From positions 8,098 to 72,097 of the forward strand of contig JAGCYJ010000010.1 in NCBI GenBank assembly GCA_017960855.1: DNA of 64,000 nt, written 5' to 3'. The position numbers were made by a program, and so were the translations under genes. The notes beneath the pieces were generated by a model. That model saw only the letters and a program-made list of their open reading frames with translations, made no database searches and was not told where the DNA came from. Every line of letters begins with the position of its first letter. Position 1 is the stretch's first letter. Positions 55,891-63,808 of the stretch are shown one piece after another. The stretch is from Alphaproteobacteria bacterium (GTDB lineage Bacteria; Pseudomonadota; Alphaproteobacteria; Rs-D84).

Positions 55891-57087
55891 TTATTTGCCC
55901 CTGATCATCACAGATATATTTCTTACCAGCCGTTTAAAGAAGCGAACTTTCTGGACACGCTCGGCGGCAACCAGCGGTGCATGCGCAATCACACGACCAT
56001 CGTATTCGGCGATAATTTCACCCAATTTGTCGCCAACCGCAATCGGTGCAGGTGCCGGTTCGTTAAAGCGTGCCAAAACACGAATAGACGACATTGGCAC
56101 TGGTTTTGGTAATGTGACCGCAAAAGGTTTTTCAACGGTTGCGCTTACTGTATCAACGCGACCATACCACACCGGAACCGCAACAACGGTGTCGCCCGGT
56201 TGATAATAAATCTTGTGCGAAGTGGTTGTGTATCCATAGTTTAACAATTTCTTCATTTCCGCCGCCAACGCGTCATGTCCGCGTCCGTTGAATCCGTTGA
56301 TTACGCCAACCAAGCGACGACCGCCAACCTTTGCACTTGCGACCATGCCGTATCCACCGCTGTCGGTATGTCCGGTTTTTAAACCGTCCGCCCCCGGCAT
56401 TGTGAACAGCAACTTGTTATAATTTACCGTATGTGTGCGTCCCCAGTCGCGACACCAATCAGATTTATAATCGCCAAATTCAAAACGTTTTGTAGCGAAC
56501 ATCGGGTATATGTCTGGATAGTCGCCAATAATGTGTGTTGCCAAAATTGCCAATTCACGCGAAGTCATCAAATTGTTGGGATCCGGCAGGCCGCTTGCGT
56601 TTCCAAAAGTTGATTGTTCCATGCCAATTGAGCGCGCCTTGGCCGTCATTTTCGCGGTAAAGGCGTTTTCAGATCCCGCCAATTTTTCCGCAACAACAAC
56701 AGATGCATCACCACCCGATAACACAATCAGACCCAAAATAGCATCACGAACGGTTATTTCCTGACCTGCGACCAGGCATATCTTGCTTGCTGGATACCAC
56801 AATGGATTTTTGTAATCAGCGTTTTCAGATACCGGCAATTTGCTGTCCATCGTAAGATTTCCCGACTTGATTTCATCAAACAAAACCGCCAGAGTCATCA
56901 GTTTAATCATTGATGATGGTGGCATTAAAACATCTGCGTCCTTGGCAACAATTTCCGTTCCCGAATCGTAGTCCATCAAAAACACAGATTTTGCCTTGGT
57001 TGTGAATTCGGTGTCGGTTGCCGGTGCCGCATTCGCCAAGCCCGAAACAAGCAATAATAATACGGAAAATAATGTGTTCGCTTTCAT
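55891..57087 (-). CDS. D-alanyl-D-alanine carboxypeptidase (PBP5/6-type, S11 family)
   Basis: Signal peptide, SMIK (SxxK) and KTGHT (KTG), plus a C-terminal PBP5-type domain. Confidence 0.88.
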   Translation of the reverse strand: MKANTLFSVLLLLVSGLANAAPATDTEFTTKAKSVFLMDYDSGTEIVAKDADVLMPPSSMIKLMTLAVLFDEIKSGNLTMDSKLPVSENADYKNPLWYPASKICLVAGQEITVRDAILGLIVLSGGDASVVVAEKLAGSENAFTAKMTAKARSIGMEQSTFGNASGLPDPNNLMTSRELAILATHIIGDYPDIYPMFATKRFEFGDYKSDWCRDWGRTHTVNYNKLLFTMPGADGLKTGHTDSGGYGMVASAKVGGRRLVGVINGFNGRGHDALAAEMKKLLNYGYTTTSHKIYYQPGDTVVAVPVWYGRVDTVSATVEKPFAVTLPKPVPMSSIRVLARFNEPAPAPIAVGDKLGEIIAEYDGRVIAHAPLVAAERVQKVRFFKRLVRNISVMIRGK

Positions 57088-57141
57088 GCCAGAAATGTTA
57101 GCAACAATAGTTTGATAATGCCACCGATTTTTTGTAAATTT

Positions 57142-58383
57142 TTATTCCAATGAAACTACCAATTTTTCTCCGTCAATACCGACGATTTTGTAATCGCAAA
57201 TGGTGCGATTTGGAATCGGATTACCCAAAATAATAACCGGAATATCATGCGGAGTGCGGCCTGTGTTATTTTCTTCGACTAAAACAGATGTTTTTTGTCC
57301 AAGTTGCAGTGTCATAAACTCTTTACAGTTGTGTGTTGCCGCGTCTGTAATGGCTTTTACTCGTTGTTTCGCAACCGTTTTTGCCACTTGATTTGGCATA
57401 GTGGCGGCCGGTGTGTCGGGGCGGGGCGAAAACGGAAAGGCATGAATCTTAATCGGCTTGGTATCGACGATCAGTTGCATGGTGTCGTCAAACAGTTCAT
57501 CTGTTTCGCCGGGGAAACCACAAATGATATCCCAACTGAATGAAATGCCGTCTGCGTATGCAACAATGTCGCGCACCATTGCATTTGTGTGGCGACGGTG
57601 CATGGCGCGCAGAATTGTGTCTGAACCCGATTGCATAGAAAGGTGCAAATGTGGCATCATACGCGGGTTTTCATGCATTAAATCAATCAGTTTATATATT
57701 TCGGGCGATGCCGGATCCATTGACGACAGGCGCAATCGGCGAATTTCGGGTTCGTCATTCAACAATTTGCGGCACAGGTCGCTTATCAAGAACGGTTTGC
57801 CGTCATACAATTTATGATACGATGCGCTGTCCACACCCGTCAGGACGATTTCGCCATATCCGTTTTTAATCGCGGTGCGCACATCTGCCAAAATCGCGTC
57901 ATATTCAAACGAAACCGACGGTCCGCGCAACAGGCGCGTTATGCAATATGTGCAATCGTGATTGCAACCGTTCTGAATCTGGATAAATTGTTTTGACATA
58001 GGTGTGTCGGGGTTAGAGACACGAATTTCGGGGTTAGACGCAGAAAAATCAAAGTCGGCGATCGCGCGAACATACGCATCACGAACCATTTTTTCACTGT
58101 TGTGAATTACGCGTGCGTTTGGGATTTTTGCGTATGGGGTCGTATCGTGCGTGGCGGCGCAACCCGTTATAAATATTGGGATTGTGGGGTTTTCGCGTGC
58201 AACGCGACGGACATATTGCGCGGATTGACGTTCGGCTTCGCCAGTGACCGCACAGGTGTTAACAACAATGGCGCGTGCGCAAACATCCGCCAACATTTCG
58301 GCAATCTTTTCAGATTCCACCGCGTTCAGTCGGCACCCAAAAGTTATTGTTTGAATATTATTTTTATTATTTTCTGCTTGCAT
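57142..58383 (-). CDS. mtaB: Radical-SAM methylthiotransferase, MtaB-like
   Basis: N-terminal UPF0004 domain (TFGCRLN), radical SAM CNHDCTYC (CxxxCxxC) and a C-terminal TRAM-like domain. Confidence 0.85.
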   Translation of the reverse strand: MQAENNKNNIQTITFGCRLNAVESEKIAEMLADVCARAIVVNTCAVTGEAERQSAQYVRRVARENPTIPIFITGCAATHDTTPYAKIPNARVIHNSEKMVRDAYVRAIADFDFSASNPEIRVSNPDTPMSKQFIQIQNGCNHDCTYCITRLLRGPSVSFEYDAILADVRTAIKNGYGEIVLTGVDSASYHKLYDGKPFLISDLCRKLLNDEPEIRRLRLSSMDPASPEIYKLIDLMHENPRMMPHLHLSMQSGSDTILRAMHRRHTNAMVRDIVAYADGISFSWDIICGFPGETDELFDDTMQLIVDTKPIKIHAFPFSPRPDTPAATMPNQVAKTVAKQRVKAITDAATHNCKEFMTLQLGQKTSVLVEENNTGRTPHDIPVIILGNPIPNRTICDYKIVGIDGEKLVVSLE

Positions 58384-58443
58384 TTTGGCTAACCTTGGGG
58401 CATTATAGCGTAGCTAAAAACGATTTCAACAAAGGATTTAATT

Positions 58444-58830
58444 ATGGCCCGAACAACAAACTCTGACACTTTGCCATATGTAGAAAGTCGCTATGAACTG
58501 GGAATGCTGGCATCACAGCGCGTTCGCGATTTGAACGGTGGCGCAGAACCAGTCGTTGAAAAAGGAAACGATAAACCAACGGTTGTCGCACTGCGCGAAA
58601 TCGCCAGTGGCAAACTGGATGTCCAGAATGTTCGTCATGAATTTATTCAATCATACAAGGAAGCACCGATTTCTGAAACAGCCGAAGAAACATTGGAAGT
58701 TGGCACCGAAGACCCGATGTTGCGCGAAATTGATGCGGAATTGGAAAACACATTGGTTGATACCGTAGCGGACGCAGGTGAAGATGTCGTGGATGATGTC
58801 GCGATTGACACACCTGAGGATGCCGAATAA
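58444..58830 (+). CDS. rpoZ: DNA-directed RNA polymerase omega subunit
   Basis: MARTT......V.SRYEL..LASQR.R.L..G........DKPTVVALREIA.GKL, with an acidic tail. Confidence 0.9.
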   Translation: MARTTNSDTLPYVESRYELGMLASQRVRDLNGGAEPVVEKGNDKPTVVALREIASGKLDVQNVRHEFIQSYKEAPISETAEETLEVGTEDPMLREIDAELENTLVDTVADAGEDVVDDVAIDTPEDAE

Positions 58831-58847
58831 TTGAAACCCATATATCC

Positions 58848-58938
58848 GGAGACGTCGCATAGTTGGTCTAGTGCGCCACATTGGAAATGTGGTATACTCG
58901 CAAGGGTATCAAGGGTTCGAATCCCTTCGTCTCCGCCA
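58848..58938 (+). tRNA. tRNA-Ser (anticodon GGA), class II with a long variable arm
   Basis: GGAGACG...CCACATTGGAAATGTGG...variable arm TATACTCGCAAGGGTAT...AAGGGTTCGAATCCCTTCGTCTCCGCCA, 91 nt with encoded CCA. Confidence 0.92.
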
Positions 58939-58945
58939 GAAATTC

Positions 58946-58972
58946 ACCCCGCGTTTGCGGGGTAAATTTTTG
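58946..58972 (+). terminator. Intrinsic terminator after tRNA-Ser
   Basis: accccgc-gttt-gcggggt followed by aaattttt. Confidence 0.5.
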
Positions 58973-59093
58973 GCGGATTCGGGGGCAGATTTGAAGCGTT
59001 TGCAACGAATGTTGCCGGGTTCGAAAACAAGTAGATTTTGCAAGCGAAGCGTGGCGAAATCGTTACGGTTTGCCCGCAGGCACAATGTGCCGA

Positions 59094-59146
59094 GGGAATC
59101 CCTTCGTCTATTATTGTTCATCAAGGACAGGGTTTCGTCTCCGCCA
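59094..59146 (+). repeat. Two partial direct copies of the tRNA-Ser 3' region (att-like scars / pseudo-tRNA debris)
   Basis: GAATCCCTTCGTCT (59096-59109) and ATCAAGG..TTCGTCTCCGCCA (59120-59146) repeat segments of GTATCAAGGGTTCGAATCCCTTCGTCTCCGCCA from the tRNA (58906-58938). Confidence 0.6.
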
Positions 59147-59309
59147 CAAATATTGAACATCCCGTGGTAATTCCGCGGGATGTTCTTTTTCGCCCCGTTT
59201 CCGGCAGTTTTTAGTGATGATATTACCAGTGTATATCGCTACGCGTTTCCAATCCGCCCAAGTTCAGCACAATTATATACTTTGCCCCAAATCCCGATGC
59301 CAGTTTTTA

Positions 59310-59338
59310 TTGATTTTTTGTGCTATTTGTGATATAAT
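59310..59338 (+). promoter_or_regulatory. Near-consensus sigma70 promoter (TTGATT-N17-TATAAT, with TGn extended -10)
   Basis: TTGATT at 59310-59315, a 17-nt spacer ending in TGA, and TATAAT at 59333-59338, about 85 nt upstream of the toxin start. Confidence 0.5.
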
Positions 59339-59352
59339 GAACGCGATTTAGT

Positions 59353-59378
59353 AGACGACATTTTGTCGTCTTTTTTTT
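59353..59378 (+). terminator. Terminator-like hairpin inside the toxin-gene leader (possible attenuator)
   Basis: agacgaca-tttt-gtcgtct followed by T8, lying between the predicted promoter and the ATG at 59423. Confidence 0.4.
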
Positions 59379-59422
59379 ACCCCGCCACGTGCGGACTTTT
59401 TTATTTAACTAAAGGAGTTATA

Positions 59423-60547
59423 ATGCAAACACCAAAATTTTTACGCGATTTATTACAATCTAATAACTATTGGAACAAAAACAGCGCTGAATTTGCAAAA
59501 GCAAATGAATATCTAGAAAAACTGTTTCCTGGCAAATTGCAGCAAGATGCAACTGGTCAATATATTGAACCCAAATACGATATGACCTACGAACAGTTTC
59601 TGGGTGCACAAAAAAAATTTGACGATGACATACAAAATGCAATTCAAGAAGCCGAGGCAGAAGCGGAAGCAGAAAACGAGATTTTGGTCGATTATTCACA
59701 ATTTGTGGAAATCGACGAAGAAATAGATGTTCGTGTTTTAATGCCTTTGGGTGATATACAAAATGAAAAATTGATTGTTTATACACTAAACATTCCAGAT
59801 GACGATGATGAAGAGCCCACCGAGGCAAAAAAGATTTGGATTTGGCACAGTGAAGACGATGAACGTATTTGCGATGATTGTGCATCACATAATGGTGAAG
59901 TATTTGAAGACAAAGATGATATTCCAGATGTTCCTGTTCATCCTAATTGTCGTTGTTGGGTTGAAGAAGTAAAGCTGGACGATAACGGCAAACCAATTTC
60001 CAGCAAGGCTTATAAAGGCCAAAAGCCAGAAGTACCGAAAAATGACAAAGAACCTCAGTCAGAAAAAACACCAACTTTTGACAAACCTGTTGATATAAAA
60101 GAAGGTCAATATGCTAAATTTGATGGCAAAACATTAACAATATATCAAAATGGCAAAGTTGTTGCATCATGGAATGCAGTATCTGGAAAACCTGGTTACC
60201 AAAGTCCAGGATATCAAAATTTAAAAGATAAAGGAACTATTCCAGCAGGAATATATGTAGCAAGACAAAGTGAATTGCAATTCTATAAAGATATCAGTTG
60301 GGGAGATAGACAACGTTCTGCTATCGGATTTGGAACTTGGCGCGGTGGCACCGATTCTTGGGGCAATTCGCGCGTATGGTTGGATGCATCAAAAGACACA
60401 AACACATATGGGCGTAGTGGATTTTCTATTCATGGTGGATCTGTACCGGGTTCTGCAGGATGTATAGATTTAACATCTTCTATGGACAATTTTACAAAAT
60501 GGTTTGAAAATAATGGACATGATTTAATTATCAATGTAAAATATTAG
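59423..60547 (+). CDS. Polymorphic toxin: N-terminal region with a MuF/SPP1-gp7-type CxxC...HPNCRC motif plus a C-terminal Tlde1/DUF2778-like L,D-transpeptidase-fold domain
   Basis: AAGGAG RBS. WIWHSEDDERICDDCASHNGEVFEDKDDIPDVPVHPNCRCW (aa 138-180). C-terminus ...FDGKTLTIY.NGKVVASWNAVSGKPGY...KGTIPAGIYVA...GRSGFSIHGGSVPGSAGCIDL... shows the H...S.GC catalytic pattern. Confidence 0.75.
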   Translation: MQTPKFLRDLLQSNNYWNKNSAEFAKANEYLEKLFPGKLQQDATGQYIEPKYDMTYEQFLGAQKKFDDDIQNAIQEAEAEAEAENEILVDYSQFVEIDEEIDVRVLMPLGDIQNEKLIVYTLNIPDDDDEEPTEAKKIWIWHSEDDERICDDCASHNGEVFEDKDDIPDVPVHPNCRCWVEEVKLDDNGKPISSKAYKGQKPEVPKNDKEPQSEKTPTFDKPVDIKEGQYAKFDGKTLTIYQNGKVVASWNAVSGKPGYQSPGYQNLKDKGTIPAGIYVARQSELQFYKDISWGDRQRSAIGFGTWRGGTDSWGNSRVWLDASKDTNTYGRSGFSIHGGSVPGSAGCIDLTSSMDNFTKWFENNGHDLIINVKY

Positions 60548-60549
60548 GC

Positions 60550-60891
60550 ATGAAACAAAAAATATACCCATTATTGTATACTGTGGCAATATTCTTGTCT
60601 GGGCTTTTTTACATATTTTTATGTGATTTAGCATATTTTGATAGAATAGCAAAAAATGGTGGGATATGGTTGAGTTCATGTTCTTATTTAACAGGACACT
60701 CACAACAGGTATGCATGGCACATTATGATGTGTTGTGTATACTTGGAGTGCTTGGATGGTTAGTGTGGTTAGGATATGTTCTTGTCCCGATCTATAAAAA
60801 CAAAACGTTTTTTATTCCTTTGCTTGGAATACCTGTTTTTTTTATGTTTCAATTGATATTATGTTCAATACTAAAAATAGTATGCTTATAA
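60550..60891 (+). CDS. Candidate cognate immunity protein (113 aa, about 3-4 TM, conserved Cys residues)
   Basis: Starts 2 nt after the toxin stop. Paralogous to 61360..61686, which follows the orphan toxin tip. Confidence 0.6.
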   Translation: MKQKIYPLLYTVAIFLSGLFYIFLCDLAYFDRIAKNGGIWLSSCSYLTGHSQQVCMAHYDVLCILGVLGWLVWLGYVLVPIYKNKTFFIPLLGIPVFFMFQLILCSILKIVCL

Positions 60892-61242
60892 TATTGTAAC
60901 CTGATTCTCCCGCGCAATCTGAAACAAATCATTAACATTTATTTTTAGTTTTCCAGACAAGATTTGATTTATCTTGTCTGGATTCATGTATGCAATGTCC
61001 AGATATCGATAAAATTGACGTGGCGAAGTGTGCAGATTGCGGATGATATTATCAACCCCGCCATCACGTTCATATAATTCGCGATACTTCCATGCGGTGG
61101 CAAAGGCTTTCAAAATTAAATGATTATTGTCGGTGACATTTAATACACCGTTTTTACCACGGTCGTATACCGTATTAACGTATTTCCGTAGGAACACTTT
61201 TTCTGTGATTGTTACACTGTTGTCGTCAATGATGTATTCCAT
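60886..61242 (-). pseudogene. Remnant of a serine-recombinase/resolvase-family gene (C-terminal about 118 aa only)
   Basis: LILKAFATAWKYRELYERDGG.DNIIRNLHTSPRQFYRYLDIAYMNPDKINQILSGKL resembles the L.KA.A.A.RW...L..G.....IA......YV.R.L.L..L.PDIV..IL.G tail of alphaproteobacterial recombinases. No catalytic N-terminal domain is present. Confidence 0.4.
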
Positions 61243-61243
61243 G

Positions 61244-61342
61244 GGTTCTGCGGGTTGCATCGATTTGACAAACGAAATGCCGGGGTTTGCCGATTGGTTT
61301 AAAAACAATGGAAAAGATTTAATTATTAAAGTAGAATACTGA
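61244..61342 (+). pseudogene. Orphan toxin C-terminal tip (33 codons, no start context)
   Basis: GSAGCIDLTNEMPGFADWFKNNGKDLIIKVEY versus GSAGCIDLTSSMDNFTKWFENNGHDLIINVKY at the end of 59423..60547. Similarity begins 1 nt from the recombinase-remnant start codon. Confidence 0.6.
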
Positions 61343-61359
61343 AAAGATAAAGGCACAAA

Positions 61360-61686
61360 ATGAAAAAAATATTAAACAGAATAAGTTATTTTTTAACAGT
61401 ATGTTTGTTTTTTGCCTTGAATATTTTTTTATTTGATTTAGTTTGTATCGGTAAAATCTCAAAATTTAATCATATTTGGGTAAATGTGTGTCCGTTTGAT
61501 GTTGACGGTGAATATTTGGTATGTATGATAAATTATGATATTGCGTTTATTGTGTTTATATTGCCAATAGCGTTTTTTATGTTGTTTTGGTTAATGCGAA
61601 TATACGGCAAACAGGTGTTGCTGGTTCCGTTTTTTGGTTTTTTACTGTTTGTATTATCAATAATAACATATTGGGGATTTGTCTGA
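61360..61686 (+). CDS. Orphan immunity-protein paralog (108 aa, multi-TM)
   Basis: FLFDLVCIGKISKFNHIWVNVCPF..GEYLVCMINYD aligns with FLCDLAYFDRIAKNGGIWLSSCSY..SQQVCMAHYD in 60550..60891. Confidence 0.6.
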   Translation: MKKILNRISYFLTVCLFFALNIFLFDLVCIGKISKFNHIWVNVCPFDVDGEYLVCMINYDIAFIVFILPIAFFMLFWLMRIYGKQVLLVPFFGFLLFVLSIITYWGFV

Positions 61687-61764
61687 AATATTTAAGGTTT
61701 CCTTGTAAAACCCTGTATTTTTCATATATAATACCGTTAAATATTACAACACCGCCACAAAAAT

Positions 61765-61795
61765 CAAACGCCCCAATGGGCGTTTTATTTTTTTT
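61765..61795 (+). terminator. Intrinsic terminator
   Basis: aaacgcccc-aat-gggcgttt followed by tattttttt. Confidence 0.55.
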
Positions 61796-61812
61796 ATATC
61801 GGGCGCAAAAAA

Positions 61813-61840
61813 TTGACAAACAATATATATTGGGTATAAT
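61813..61840 (+). promoter_or_regulatory. Consensus sigma70 promoter TTGACA-N16-TATAAT
   Basis: TTGACA at 61813-61818 and TATAAT at 61835-61840, 22 nt upstream of the ATG at 61863. Confidence 0.55.
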
Positions 61841-61862
61841 CGGTTGTAAATAGGGGTTAAAA

Positions 61863-62507
61863 ATGGATATTACTACACGTGTCTACTTTAGTATAGAGGG
61901 GTCGGGAAACAATGCTTATGGTATGAAGGATATAACTTGTGCAAAAAATACCGATGATATTAATGATCGGAATTTGGAATCTGATTTGGGACTGAAAACT
62001 ACAGAAAGATTATTGCGCGAAATACAATCTTTCTGTAAAGATTTACCTGAAAATCCCATATGTGGCAATCAATTATATAAAATAACAATAAAAAGAAATG
62101 TACGGTTTTTCACACCGGGTATGCGTAATGATTGCTACGGACAGGACGAAACAGATCACTTTAGTTTTATTTTCAGCAAATCAAACAATCTGTTATATTC
62201 ATCAGATTTATTTCAAAACTTTGAACATGTCCTGGTAGAAAATATTTTCAGCAAACGCGATGGGCAACAGTGGAAAGAAGTTAAGGTTAAGGACTTGAAC
62301 TCATATTCACCATTATGGGCCGAGCAAGCAGATTCAAAAGACACTGTCCATGTTTCTTTCATACCTTCAAAGCAGATTGTTGTTAACAGTAAATTACAAG
62401 AAATTTTTCCGAGGGTGACCGGGCGCATACCAGAGGCGTTGATAAATCTGTTGAAACGCAAGACAGAAATTGTTACGCAAGTAAATATGCATGGCATCCA
62501 GCGTTAG
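61863..62507 (+). CDS. Hypothetical protein (214 aa), first gene of a two-gene operon
   Basis: AGGGG RBS. Intact ORF with no recognisable motif. Confidence 0.55.
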   Translation: MDITTRVYFSIEGSGNNAYGMKDITCAKNTDDINDRNLESDLGLKTTERLLREIQSFCKDLPENPICGNQLYKITIKRNVRFFTPGMRNDCYGQDETDHFSFIFSKSNNLLYSSDLFQNFEHVLVENIFSKRDGQQWKEVKVKDLNSYSPLWAEQADSKDTVHVSFIPSKQIVVNSKLQEIFPRVTGRIPEALINLLKRKTEIVTQVNMHGIQR

Positions 62508-62524
62508 TTCAAGGGGACTTTTCT

Positions 62525-63781
62525 GTGTTAAGTATATATGACAAAAATATTATATCATTGGACGAAGCTACGAACATGCCATATATGATTGCAGGTGGTA
62601 AGTTTGCCGGATTGTTTGTCTTGGATAATTTAATGAAGAGTTATAACACGAGATTCAACACCGAATTTGTTGTTCCGCCAACATTTGGGATCCCGTTGTT
62701 AAAGTTTGATGAATATCAGGAAACCAATAAGATACCGGATACATTGATTGATGATGCCATGGATTGCGCCAAAAAACTTGGCGGAAATGTCGCTGTGCGT
62801 TCTTCGGCAGATATAGAAGACCAAAAGGGGAAAACATATTCCGGTCAGTTTGAAAGTGTTTTAAATGTAAAAACGCGCGACCAAATGGTAAACGCCATAG
62901 AGAAGGTGTATAAATCCGCGGCTAATGTACCAAATGCCAGAATGGGAATCGTCCTGCAACAAATGGTTGATAACCCAAAAATGGCTGGGGTGGTGTATTC
63001 TGAAACTTGGTATGGTGGTCCATTCGTGGTAATGAATTATGTAGAAAACGCGTTGGCAGATAAATTGTTGGCAGATGGCGGTCGTGGCGAATATTTTGCA
63101 ATCAGCAAGCCCTTGTTTGATGAAAACCATCAAATGATACGGTTGGATTTAAAAACCTTTAATGATTTAAGGTACAATACTTTCTTTTGCAGAGATTGGC
63201 GTACAATATCCCCAGAAAAACTTGAATCCCAAGACAGAGAAAAATATAAAACACATATTTTGCTTTCTGCGCTGGCTATGCAACTGGAACAGAGTTTGGG
63301 TTATCCCATAGATATGGAATTTGCGGTATCGGCGGATGGAAAAATGAACATATTGCAACAGCGACCATATTGTCTTCCTGAATTTTATAGAAGAGAGATA
63401 GACGACCGCACAACATCCGTCTTTTCATCAGAAACGATAGTGCTGGAAGGCACAGTTGGCTTTATAAAGCGCCTGCATCCATTTTCTGCAAAACCAGAAT
63501 ACGATATAAACATATGGAAATCAGAAGAGAGTATTCGTATTTTCACCAATAAATCGGTTGGCGTAGGATTTAAATTTATGACTTCTTGGTCAAATTCACC
63601 GTTTGAAGCCCAGTATAATCACCATGGTAATATGTCGCGCGAGAATCTTGATTTCACAGAACTGGAATTGTGGGGTCGCAACGCTGAATTTGAAAATATA
63701 GAAGAGGGTGATCGTATTCTGGTTGATATGTATAATGGCAAAGTTAAATTAATTGCCAAGGCCAACGAGCGTCAGAAATAA
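62525..63781 (+). CDS. PEP-utilizing/PPDK N-terminal (ATP-grasp-like nucleotide-binding) domain protein with a possible degenerate swivel-His domain
   Basis: GTG start after GGGGA. GGKFAGL..., VAVRSSADIEDQKGKTYSGQFESVLNV, MGIVLQQMV...AGVVYSE match PPDK_N hallmarks. The C-terminus ...HHGNMSRE...EEGDRILVDMYNGKV resembles a mobile His domain. Confidence 0.7.
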   Translation: MLSIYDKNIISLDEATNMPYMIAGGKFAGLFVLDNLMKSYNTRFNTEFVVPPTFGIPLLKFDEYQETNKIPDTLIDDAMDCAKKLGGNVAVRSSADIEDQKGKTYSGQFESVLNVKTRDQMVNAIEKVYKSAANVPNARMGIVLQQMVDNPKMAGVVYSETWYGGPFVVMNYVENALADKLLADGGRGEYFAISKPLFDENHQMIRLDLKTFNDLRYNTFFCRDWRTISPEKLESQDREKYKTHILLSALAMQLEQSLGYPIDMEFAVSADGKMNILQQRPYCLPEFYRREIDDRTTSVFSSETIVLEGTVGFIKRLHPFSAKPEYDINIWKSEESIRIFTNKSVGVGFKFMTSWSNSPFEAQYNHHGNMSRENLDFTELELWGRNAEFENIEEGDRILVDMYNGKVKLIAKANERQK

Positions 63782-63783
63782 GC

Positions 63784-63807
63784 AAACACCCGCAACCGCG
63801 GGTGTTT
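63784..63807. terminator. Bidirectional terminator
   Basis: aaacacccgc-aacc-gcgggtgttt, a perfect 10-bp stem between convergent genes. Confidence 0.6.
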
Positions 63808-63808
63808 G

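Noticed and set aside
60886-61356. The 156-aa minus-strand ORF as an intact gene.
   Set aside because: Its first 38 codons are the antisense of the orphan toxin tip, which has clear homology on the plus strand. Only the distal 118 codons resemble a recombinase tail, and no catalytic domain is present. It is treated as a remnant.
59423-63781. Calling the tRNA-Ser islet a prophage because of the MuF-type motif.
   Set aside because: No portal, terminase, capsid, tail, integrase or lysis genes are present in the islet or elsewhere in the window. Only a truncated recombinase tail survives. It is better described as a decayed islet or polymorphic-toxin locus.
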